This document shows, piece after piece, positions 1 through 9,134 of a stretch of 24,374 nt of DNA. The notes beneath the pieces were generated by a model that was not told where the DNA came from, did no database searches, and was given only the letters and a program-made list of their open reading frames with translations. Position 1 is the stretch's first letter. The number at the start of each line of letters is the position of its first letter. Origin of the DNA: Octopus sinensis (lineage: Eukaryota); the NCBI RefSeq assembly GCF_006345805.1, contig NW_021836403.1, forward strand, positions 1 to 24,374, read 5' to 3'. The translations under genes were made by a program, and so were the position numbers.

Positions 1-167
1 AGAAGGAACATAATGGATCAAACAGTCTGCGGTCAGGTTGTGGATGCATTCTGGGTTTGAATTAGATGTCTTGCAAAGAACTTACACATGCAAGTGCGCT
101 ACCAGTTAAAAGCTCCCTATACCGGAAGCTAGCAAGTGTAGGGGTCATAGGAGAAGAATGCGCGCCG

Positions 168-2066
168 TTTCGGGGCCTACCTCTCGACGGCATCAATGCG
201 CACCGGCCCCCCTCACTGATATGAGGCCCCGCTTGCTAGATCAGCTGGTTATGAAGAACTCAATATACTTCTAGCCATCGCTCATCGTCTCTTTTTAACC
301 AAATCCAGTGGCTAGCCTTCTCCATTTCGGGGCCTACCTCTCGACGGCATCAATGCACCACCGGCCCCCCTCACTGATATGAGGCCCCGCTTGCTAGATC
401 AGCTGGTTATGAAGAACTCAATATACTTCTAGCCATCGCTCATCGTCTCTTTTTAACCAAATCCAGTGGCTAGCCTTCTCCATTTCGGGGCCTACCTCTC
501 GACGGCATCAATGCACACCGGCCCCCCCCTCACTGATATGAGGCCCCACTTGCTAGATCAGCTGGTTATGAAGAACTCATATACTTCTAGCCATCGCTCA
601 TCGTCTTTTTTAACCAAATCAGTGGCTAGCCTTCTCAATTTCGGGGCCTACCTTTCGACGGCATCAATGCCCACACGGCCCCCCCCTCACTGATATGAGG
701 CCCCACTTGCTAGATCAGCTGGTTATGAAGAACTCAATATACTTCTAGCCATCGCTCATCGTCTCTTTTCAACCAAATCCAGTGGCTAGCCTTCTCCATT
801 TCGGGGCCTACCTCTCGATGGCATCAATGCACACCGGCCCCCCTCACTGATATGAGGCCCCACTTGCTAGATCAGCTGGTTATGAAGAACTCAATATACT
901 TCTAGCCATCGCTCATCGTCTCTTTTTAACCAAATCCAGTGGCTAGCCTTCTCCATTTCGGAGCCTACCTCTCGATGGCATCAATGCGCACCGGGCCCCC
1001 CCCTCACTAATATGAGGCCCCGCTTGCTAGATCAGCTGGTTATGAAGAACTCAATATACTTCTAGCCATCGCTCATCGTCTCTTTTTAACCAAATCCAGT
1101 GGCTAGCCTTCTCCATTTCGGGGCCTACCTCTCGACAGCATCAATGTGCACCGGCCCCCGCCTCACTGATATGAGGCCCCGCTTGCTAGATCACCTGGTT
1201 ATGAAGTTAAACTCAATATACTTCAAGCCATCGCTCATCGTCTCTTTTTAGCCAAATCCAGTGGCTAGCCTTCTCCATTTCGGGGCCTACCTCTCGATGG
1301 CATCAATGCGCACCGCCCCCCCCTCACTGATATGAGGCCCCGCTTGCCCAGATCAGCTGGTTATGAAGAACTCAATATACTTCTAGCCATCGCTCATCGT
1401 CTCTTTTTAGCCAAATCCAGTGGCTAGCCTTCTCCATTTCGGGGCCTACCTCTCGACGGCATCAATGTGCACCGGCCCCGCCTCACTGATATGAGGCCCC
1501 GCTTGCTAGATCAGCTGGTTATGAAGAACTCAATATACTTCTAGCCATCGCTCATCGTCTCTTTTTAGCCAAATCCAGTGGCTAGCCTTCTCCATTTCGG
1601 GGCCTACCTCTCGACGGCATCAATGCGCACCGCCCCCCCCTCACTGATATGAGGCCCCGCTTGCTAGATCAGCTGGTTATGAAGTTAAACTCATATACTT
1701 CTAGCCATCGCTCATCGTCTCTTTTAACCAATCCAGTGGCTAGCCTTCTCCATTTCGGGGCTACCTCTCGACGGCATCAATGCGCCCCCCCCCTCACTGA
1801 TATGAGGCCCCGCTTGCTAGATCAGCTAGTTATGAAGTTAAACTCAATATACTTCTAGCCATCGCGCTTCGTCTCTTTTTAACCAAATCCAGTGGCTAGC
1901 CTTCTCCATTTCGGGGCCTACCTCTCGACGGCATCAATGCGCACTGCCCCCCCCTCACTGATATGAGGCCCCGCTTGCTAGATCAGCTGGTTATGAAGAA
2001 CTCAATATACTTCTAGCCATCGCTCATCGTCTCTTCTTAACCAAATCCAGTGGCTAGCCTTCTCCA
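168..2066 (-). repeat. Tandem array of 12 x ~158-bp units, each the last ~21 codons plus proximal 3' UTR of the adjacent RLE retrotransposon
   Basis: The CGGGGCCTAC motif (or a 1-nt variant) recurs at 171, 328, 486, 642, 802, 959, 1119, 1281, 1440, 1598, 1756 and 1912 (periods 156-162). The minus strand of the unit encodes EKASHWIWLKRDDERWLEVY*, the end of ORF 2002..2388. Confidence 0.95.
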
Positions 2067-2334
2067 CTGTAGATTGGATATCAGTCATGGTGGTATTGAC
2101 TTTACGATGAGTTAAGCCTATCGATAACAACATTCGTCTCACGCTGTGTCCTACAAACCCTCTACATCCGACTTCGATGGGAAAATGTTCCGCTTTCCAG
2201 CCTGCGTCTTCACATTCCTCGAGGGGGTTTTCATAACGGTTCAATTTTTGAGCCTGAGCGGCGTCCATATTATCTTCATGAGGAACCGTTAGCTCGACTA
2301 TATTTACAACTTTCTTTCTTTCACACCACATCAT
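2002..2334 (-). pseudogene. C-terminal restriction-like endonuclease region of a 5'-truncated HERO/R2-group non-LTR retrotransposon
   Basis: Translation MMWCERKKVVNIVELTVPHEDN..QKLNRY..ECEDAGW..FPIEVGCRGF..ASHWIWL matches recalled HERO-type RLE motifs (ELTVPWE, RK..KY, GW, VEVGCRGF, ASxWxWL). Homology is lost just before the expected PD motif and no RT domain is present. Confidence 0.8.
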
Positions 2335-2412
2335 TCCCATCATCATCACAACAATCCTGTAAATTATAGACTGGCAAATGCTATTCACCTACCTCTTAGG
2401 TACCTATGTATA

Positions 2413-2626
2413 CAGGGTGGCCCCAAAAGTAGGTTTACGGTTATCACGTAGGCACTTTCAGTTTCTTTTCAAACGTTTTATTACATTTAAATTTCTGTTT
2501 TAATGATTAACTAAATTACCATAGAATAATGGTTTCATATTATTTTATAATTAAGATCTACACTGTTAATACTTGAATGCGAAAGAGATACTTAAATAGC
2601 TGTAAACCTACTTTTGGGCCACCCTT
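2413..2626. mobile_element. Tc1/mariner-type MITE, 214 bp
   Basis: TIRs CAGGGTGGCCCCAAAAGTAGGTTTAC (2413..) and GTAAACCTACTTTTGGGCCACCCT (..2625), flanked by TA at 2411-2412 and 2627-2628; AT-rich non-coding interior. Confidence 0.85.
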
Positions 2627-2660
2627 TATATATATATCTATATATATATATATATGTATG

Positions 2661-3047
2661 AAGGAGTGGCTGTGTGGTAAATAGCTTGCTAACCAACCAC
2701 ATGGTTCCGGGTTCAGTCCCACTGCATGGCATCTTGGGCAAGTGTCTTCTGCTATAGCCTCAGGCCGACCAAAGCCTTATGAGTGGATTTGGTAGACGGA
2801 AACTGAAAGAAGCCCGTCGTATATATGTATGTGCGTGTATGTTTGTGTGTCTGTGTTTGTCCCCCTAGCATTGCTTGACAACCGATGCTGGTGTGTTTAT
2901 GTCCCCGTTACTTAGCGGTTCGGCAAAAGAGACCGATAGAATAAGTACTGGGCTTACAAAAGAATAAGTCCCGGGGTCGAGTTGCTTGATTAAAGGCGGT
3001 GCTCCAGCATGGCCGCAGTCAAATGACTAAAACAAGTAAAAGAGTAA
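2661..3047 (+). mobile_element. Composite tRNA-derived SINE, family A (head + TA/TG microsatellite + ~190-bp tail)
   Basis: Head with A-box-like TGGCTGTGTGG and B-box-like GGTTCAGTCCC; tail ends CAGTCAAATGACTAAAACAAGTAAAAGAG; about ten similar copies in the window. Confidence 0.85.
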
Positions 3048-3154
3048 TATATATATGTTTCCAGGTTCAGTCCCACTGTGTGGCAACTTTTGGCAAGTGA
3101 CTTCTACCATAGCCTTGTGCTGGTGGCACATAAAATGCACCCAAAGGATGGCGG

Positions 3155-3320
3155 ACACACACACACACACACACGAATACATACATACATGCATATATAT
3201 GTGTGTGTGTATGTGTATATATATGTGTGTGTGTGTATATAGATGTATATATAAATGTGTGTGTATATATATGTGTGTGTATATATATGTCTGTATATAT
3301 CTATATATATATGTATGTAT
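3155..3320. repeat. Compound (CA)n/(TA)n/(TG)n microsatellite
   Basis: Directly visible dinucleotide runs; source of several spurious ORFs. Confidence 0.95.
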
Positions 3321-3468
3321 GATGGGCTTCTTTCAGTTTCCGTCTACCATATCCACTCACAAGTCTTTGGTCGGCCTGAGATACTCTTAAGTTGCCATAC
3401 AGTGGGACTGAGCCTGGAGGCGTGTAGTTGGGAAGCAAGCTTCTTATCATGAACATATGCCTGCACCT
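3321..3468 (-). mobile_element. Degenerate SINE A head
   Basis: GGGCTTCTTTCAGTTTCCGTCTACC...CAGTGGGACTGA is the reverse complement of the family A head. Confidence 0.7.
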
Positions 3469-3531
3469 GTATATATATATATATATACCTACATATATAA
3501 ATATGTATGATTTTATATTTTTATGTACGCG

Positions 3532-3563
<32 letters not shown>

Positions 3564-3565
3564 CA

Positions 3566-3784
3566 CATCCATTCGTGGCCGTTTGCCAGCTCCGTCTGGC
3601 ACATAAAAAGCACCCACTACACTCGTGGAGTGGTTGGCGTTAGGAAGGGCATCCAGCCGTAGAAACATTGCTAGATCAGACTGGAGCCTGGTGCAGCCTT
3701 CTGGCTTCACAGACCCCAGTTGAACCGTCCAACCCATGCTAGCATGGAAAACAGACGTTAAACGATGATGATGATGATGATGAT
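3566..3784 (+). mobile_element. 3' tail of the RTE-type LINE (or a SINE sharing it), ending in (GAT)n
   Basis: GGAGTGGTTGGCGTTAGGAAGGGCATCCAGC...CCAACCCATGCTAGCATGG...CGTTAAACGATGATGATG; the same tail follows the RTE coding remnant at ~19970-20151. Confidence 0.75.
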
Positions 3785-3865
3785 ATATATATATATATAT
3801 ATATACCTACATATATAAATATGTATGTTTTTATATTTTTATGTACACACACACATATATATATA

Positions 3866-3890
3866 CTAGGAGAAAGACCGCCCTCCGGGC
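3866..3890 (-). mobile_element. Helitron 3' terminus (GC hairpin + CTAG followed by T)
   Basis: Minus strand reads GCCC-GGA-GGGC, 10 nt, CTAG|T; same strand as the helicase remnants at 4856-6880. Confidence 0.55.
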
Positions 3891-3928
3891 AGTTTTCATT
3901 GACGTTTGGTAGAACTTACATAGGTATA

Positions 3929-4150
3929 TATTTCTTTACTACCCACAAGGGGCTAAACGCAGAGGGGACAAATAAGGACAGACAAAGGGATTAAGTCGAT
4001 TACATCGACCCCAGTGTGTAACTGGTACTTAATTTATCGACCCCGAAAGGATGAAAGGCAAAGTGGACCTCGGCGGAATTTGAACCCAGAATGTAACGGC
4101 AGACGAAATACGGCTACGCATTTTGCCCGGCGCACTAACGATTCTGCCAG
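3929..4150 (-). mobile_element. tRNA-derived SINE, family B (near full length)
   Basis: Sense strand has TGGCAGAATCGTTAG (A box), GGGTTCAAATTCC (B box) and core GCCTTTCATCCTTTCGGGGTCGATAAATTAAGTACCAG; homologous to 21980-22214. Confidence 0.85.
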
Positions 4151-4350
4151 GATGGATGGATGGGCGGGTTTTTATACACACAGACACACAGACACACACA
4201 AAGTCTGGTGTTGTGACAACATATGGGAATGATGTTCCCTTACTTTTTTCATATCTACCCAGATTCAAAACGATCTATTATAACTCTATCATTCATTTGT
4301 CATGTGTTGAAATATGCCAAAACAGTTTAATCCCTCACAAATCCGTTATT

Positions 4351-4807
4351 CGCCGGTGCGTGCGCGGTCGGGCCGCGGAGCTCTGCTCGCGTCGCCGCCG
4401 CGACTCGGCACCCCACCCCGCGCTCGTCTTCACCCGCGTCGCGTCCGGTCTCACGCCTGCGCCTTCAACGGCGCGGGTCGGTCAGGCACGCGCGCGGGAG
4501 CCACGAGGCGGGTGCGCTATTGGGCGTCGTCGCCGTTCGCGTTCTAGCGGTAGTAGCGTGTCCACCTCCCGGTCGTTTCGGCCCGCACGGTTCCTCCGAG
4601 GGTGCTCTTTGCCGAGTGTCCGAGGCGGCCGGTACGTTCACTGTGAAAAAATTAGAGTGCTCAGAGCGAGCCCCGCCGTCTTGCATACGAAAAGCATGGA
4701 ATGATGGAAAATGGCCTCGTCCGCGCGTCATCCGTCGGTCTCCGTTCACAACGAGGCAATGATCGAAGGGAGCGATCGGGGCCACTCGTATTGCGACGTT
4801 AGAGGTG
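4351..4807 (+). rRNA. 18S rRNA: Isolated fragment of 18S rRNA (GC-rich expanded V4 and downstream helices); pseudogenic, not a full gene
   Basis: Ordered eukaryotic SSU landmarks: GGGTGCTCTT..GAGTGTC, CGGTACGTTCACTGTGAAAAAATTAGAGTGCTCA, GCATGGAATGATGGAA, GAGGCAATGAT, CTCGTATTGCGACGTTAGAGGTG. Abrupt GC-rich island with no other rDNA on either side. Confidence 0.9.
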
Positions 4808-4855
4808 TTAATTCTGTTTCCTGAAACTTGCTAAAAAGCATGTTTTGCTTTAAAG

Positions 4856-5084
4856 TAAGTATCTCCTTGTACACACAATTGTCAGTAATCAAACTGTTTG
4901 CATTTCTCTCAGCCAATATTTTTACATTAGTATTCCTTCGAACTCTAAATAATGCAACATACTACTGACCATGTGAGAAGATTTGGGTCGGAAGATATAT
5001 TCCAATTTGTTCAAAAGTCTGTCCCGGTGTCTTGTTGCAAGTCAAGGCAAAAGTTGGTTTGACAGGAAATTGTTACCTGTTAAA
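4856..5084 (-). pseudogene. C-terminal part of Helitron PIF1-family helicase (not in the ORF track)
   Basis: Manual translation: FNR*QFPVKPTFALTCNKTPGQTFEQIGIYLPTQIFSHGQ*YVALFRVRRNTNVKIL...TDNCVYKEIL. These are decayed PIF1 motifs NKSQGQT and FSHGQLYVALSRV with two in-frame stops. Confidence 0.9.
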
Positions 5085-5095
5085 CAGAAATTATA

Positions 5096-5262
5096 GGAGT
5101 GGCCGTGTGGTAAATAGCTTGTTTACCAACCACATGGATCCGGGTTCAGTCCCACTGCGTGGCACCTTGGGCAAGTGTCTTCTACTATAGCCTCGGGCCG
5201 ACCAATGCCTTATGAGTGGATTTGGTAGACGGAAACTGAAAAGAAGCGCATCGTATATATAT

Positions 5263-5294
<32 letters not shown>

Positions 5295-5492
5295 TTGTGT
5301 GTCTGTGTTTGTTCCTCTAGCATTGCTTGACAACCGATGCTGGTGTGTTTATGTCCCCGTCACTTAGCGGTTCGGCAAAAGAGACCGATAGAATAAGTAC
5401 TGGGCTTACAAAGAAAAGTCCCGGGGTCGAGTTGCTCGACTAAAGGTGGTGCTCCAGCATGGCCGCAGTCAAATGACTGAAACAAGTAAAAG
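5096..5492 (+). mobile_element. SINE family A
   Basis: Full head-microsatellite-tail structure, followed by (AAAAG)n. Confidence 0.85.
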
Positions 5493-5726
5493 AAAGAAAA
5501 GAAAAGAAAAGAATTTAATAAAATCTAATTATAAGTAAGTGAAATTATACTAAATACAACTAAATTGAAAATCTTTTTTTCCCTGGTCATATTGGCAATT
5601 CTGAAAATTTTTGGGTGTGAATTTCACATGAATAGAAGCTTTTTTTTTAACAAATTTTATTTTGAAAATCACCTGCGTAAATTACACAGTTGCACAAATT
5701 ACATGAATATTTACGGTATACTTTTT

Positions 5727-6147
5727 TACTCTTTTACTTGTTTCGGTCATTTGACTGCGGACATGCTGGAGCACCGCCTTTAGTCGAGCAAATCGACCCC
5801 GAGACTTATTCTTTGTAAGCCTAGTACTTATTCTATCGGTGTCTTTTTGCCTAACCGCTAAGTTACGGGGACATAAACACACCAGCATCGGTTGTCAAGC
5901 AATGCTAGGAGGACAAACACAGACACACAAACATATACACACACATACATATATATACATATATATATATATACATATATACGATGGGCTTCTTTCGGTT
6001 TCCGTCTACCAAATCCACTCACAAGGCTTTGGTCGGCCCGAGGCTATAGCAGAAGACACTTGCCCAAGATGCCAAGCAGTGGGACTGAACCCGGAACCAT
6101 GTAGTTGGTTAGTAAGGTACTTACCACACAGCCACTCCTGCGCCTAT
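5727..6147 (-). mobile_element. SINE family A
   Basis: Reverse complement of the full element, ending GCCACTCCTGCGCCTA. Confidence 0.85.
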
Positions 6148-6183
6148 GTTTCAGAACTTAATTATTTACTTTTTAGTTTTGAT

Positions 6184-6880
6184 CTTAAATGTAAATGGAA
6201 ATTCCATTTCTTGAGATACATGTGGTATTCTTGGGATTAGCAGAGTTGATCCTGCATAAGGACCAGAAGCAATCTCATCTTCAGTATCATGACCATGTAA
6301 ACTGACAATGATGTAGTGTGTGCCATTGCAATGTCCCTGTGTAGCATCTAAATTTCTCAGAAGCATTATGCATCATTTTTTCCTTCGGTTTGAGGATACG
6401 TCCATGGAAACCCTGATGGTGTAAGTTTGTCGATGAACTCAATTGGGTACAGAGTTTCATTATCAACTGTGTTTGAGCTTCTGTATATTTTTAGCTCATC
6501 AGGGATCCTGGTCAACAGAAAATCATTCACAAATTGTGCTGCTTCATATGTTGGAGTAACGATAGTTGTATTTGCAAGCCACACAAGGTTTGTGAAGTTA
6601 TTTTTAAGGTCAGCAGATACAAAATCACATAGATCTGAAAGAGTACCATTTTCGAGGCAAGGGTCATTGGGTAGTTTGATTTTGAACTCACCTGGGCTTT
6701 GTTCAACAGAAATGTTACTATTTCCTTCATCAAATCGGTAATTAGCCAACTCTCTTTCATCAGAATGACCTTCTGTAGGAAGTCTTAGATTGGTTGTCAA
6801 TTCCACCACTTCCACATGATCGCAAAGAAAGGGTCTCTTTAGTGTTGCATCAACAATTTGTGATCTGACACCGTTATTTT
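6184..6880 (-). pseudogene. Central part of Helitron PIF1-family helicase, frameshifted
   Basis: ORFs 6366..6971 and 6166..6366 give GVRSQIVDATLK..VVELTTNLR..LYPIEFIDKLTPSGFP / MLLRNLDATQGHCNGTHY..LIPRIP..FPFTFK, typical of Helitron helicases (YPxEFLNSL.PSG.P, MLLRNL..GLCNGTR, IPRI). Confidence 0.9.
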
Positions 6881-6884
6881 GAAG

Positions 6885-7270
6885 TAGGCGTAGGAGTGGC
6901 TGTGTGGTAAGTAGCTTGCTTACCAACAACATGGTCCCGGGTTCAGTCCCACTGCATGGCACCTTGGGCAAGTGTCTTCTACTTTAGCCTCGGGCCGACC
7001 AAAGCCTTGTGAGTGGATTTGGTAGATGGAAACTGAAAGAAGCCCGTAGTATATCTGTATATATATATATATGTGTGTGTGTTTGTATGTTTGCGTTTGT
7101 CCCCCCAACATCGCTTGACAACCGATGCTGGTGTGTTTACGTCCCTGTAACTTAGCGGTTCGGCAAGAATATGTACTAGGCTTCCAAAGAATAAGTCCTG
7201 GGGTCAATTTGCTCAACTAAAGGTGGTGCTCCAGCATGGCCACAGTCAAATGACTGAAACAAGTAAAAGA
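6885..7270 (+). mobile_element. SINE family A (internal deletion in tail)
   Basis: Starts TAGGCGTAGGAGTGGC and ends GACTGAAACAAGTAAAAGA. Confidence 0.85.
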
Positions 7271-7274
7271 GAGA

Positions 7275-7410
7275 ATATTCTCCTCTCGAGATACCCTAAC
7301 CAGTTGGTCATGTGTAGTGGAAACAGAATCGTGTCTACGTCTCCGTGCATATTCAGGCATCTGTTTCAGTCGCTTTGCCCTGGTTTCATCTGATACAACT
7401 CTCTGCACTG
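7275..7410 (-). pseudogene. Possible charged N-terminal segment of the same Helitron protein
   Basis: VQRVVSDETRAKRLKQMPEYARRRRHD resembles the charged ET..R..RL..R..R repeats often found upstream of Helitron Rep domains. Short, with support from position and composition only. Confidence 0.3.
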
Positions 7411-7472
7411 AATGGGATGCGAGCCCATTGCAGGTTTAACTTTCCAGCTAAATAATAGAAAAATTATGTCTG

Positions 7473-8279
7473 AAAGATGAGATGGTCAGAAGTGGAACAT
7501 CTTTGATTATAGATTTGTCTGTTGTTTAACCCCAGGATTGACCTGGGGCTGAACAACAACTGTAGCCACTAATACTAGCTACTATACTATACTTTAGATA
7601 ATGTAGTCCTAGATACACTGTGCCTGAATAAAATATGGGATGGTCACAGCTGGAACATCTTTGAACATAGGTCTTGCCTGGATCAGGCCTGACCAGGGGT
7701 CAAACAACAACAATAACTATAGCCACTAATACTAACTACTATACTATACATTAGATAATGTAGTCCTAGATACACTATGCCTGAATATAAGATGGGATGG
7801 TCACAGCTGGAACATCTTTGATCATAGGTCTGCCTGGATCAGGCCTGACCTAGGGTTAAACAACAACTATAGCCTCTAACACTAACTACTATGCTATACA
7901 TTAGATAATGTAGTCCTAGATACACTATGCCTGAATAAAAGATGGGATGGTCACAGCTGGAACATCTTTGATCATAGGTCTGCCTGGATCAGGCCTGACC
8001 TAGGGTTAAACAACAACTATAGCCTCTAACCCTAACTACTATGCTATACATTAGATAATGTAGTCCTAGATACACTATGCCTGAATATGGCATGGTCATA
8101 GCAGGAGCATCTTTGATCATAGGTCTATTAGGGTCAGGACTGGCCTTGGGCTAAACAGCAACTATAGCCACTAATACTAGCTACTATACATTCGATAATG
8201 TAGTCCTAGATACACTATGCCTGAATAAAAGGTGGGATGGTCATAGGTGGAACATCTTTGATCATAGGTCTGTCTGGAT
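7473..8279 (+). repeat. Tandem array of ~5.3 x 145-158-bp units
   Basis: GATGGTC(A)CAGCTGGAACATCTTTGA-like motif at 7481, 7639, 7796, 7946, 8091 and 8236; shared TAGATAATGTAGTCCTAGATACACT. Confidence 0.9.
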
Positions 8280-8720
8280 TAGAAGAATGTGAGAATGTTC
8301 AAAGGTCCCAAGCTGGGTCCTTTGAACCTGTTAATTGGAGAACAGGTGGCCCCATTAGGACGAGGGCAGGTATCTGTGTCAGTACTCAGACAATTTACAT
8401 AGCAATTAGCTAGTTCCCCCCCACTTCTCTCCCCCTATCCACACCTGTCCTCTGTTAATTATCCCTGAGTAATTAATTGAGACCAATCACTTTCACCCGC
8501 TGTATTTGTTGTATAGGGATTGGCAGTGGGGTGGTGGTGGTGGTGGTGGTGATGATGATGGCGGGGTGGGTCCTGTGTTTCCATGGGAACAAGTATGAAA
8601 TTGATCTTAATGTCCTGTGATGGAATGGTGGTGGGGGTGGGGTGGGGGGTGCGGTGTGGAGGATTAAGGGCAGAATTCTGGTTTAAGGGCTGGTTTTCCC
8701 TAGGTTCTCTGGTGTATATA

Positions 8721-9134
8721 TAGGCGCAGGAGTGGCTGTGTGGTAAGTAGCTTGCCTACCAACCACACGGTTCCGGGTTCAGTCCCACTGCGTGGCATCT
8801 TGGGCAAGTGTCTTCTACTATAGCCTCGGGCCGACCAATGCCTTGTGAGTGGATTTGGTAGACAGAAACTGAAAGAAGCCTGTCGTATATATGTATATAT
8901 ATATATATGTGTGTGTGCGTGTTTGTGTGTCTGTGTTTGTCCCCCTAGCGTTGCTTGACAACCGATGCTGGTGTGTTTATTTCCCTGTCATTTAGCAGTT
9001 TGGCAAAAAGAGACCAATAGAATAAGTACTGGGCTTACAAAAGAATAAGACCCGGGGTCGATTTGCTTGACTAAAGGCAGTGCTCCAGCATGGCCGCAGT
9101 CAAATGACTGAAACAAGTAAAAGAGTAAAGAGTA
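8721..9134 (+). mobile_element. SINE family A
   Basis: Full structure from TAGGCGCAGGAGTGGC to AAACAAGTAAAAGAGTAAAGAG. Confidence 0.85.

Noticed and set aside
159-240. HDV-like or hammerhead ribozyme in the 158-bp unit (CTGATATGA, CCCCGAAA)
   Set aside because: The helix order does not fit the HDV nested double pseudoknot (no P1.1/P3/J4-2 cytosine), and there is no CUGANGA-stem II-GAAA arrangement on either strand.
466-1858. Plus-strand ORFs 466..693 and 1649..1858
   Set aside because: Antisense shadows of the repeat, kept open only by indels between units.
168-2066. CRISPR-like array
   Set aside because: Units are contiguous ~158-bp repeats with no unique spacers, the context is eukaryotic, and the unit derives from the neighbouring retrotransposon.
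4123-4785. Arg/Ala-rich ORFs 4123..4704, 4314..4547, 4465..4785 and 4520..4762
   Set aside because: Stop-poor frames across the GC-rich 18S fragment.
4351-4807. Functional rDNA unit, or target site of an rDNA-specific retrotransposon (R7/R8 type)
   Set aside because: Only ~460 bp of 18S is present with no ITS/5.8S/28S, and the RLE element is 2 kb away and not joined to rRNA sequence.
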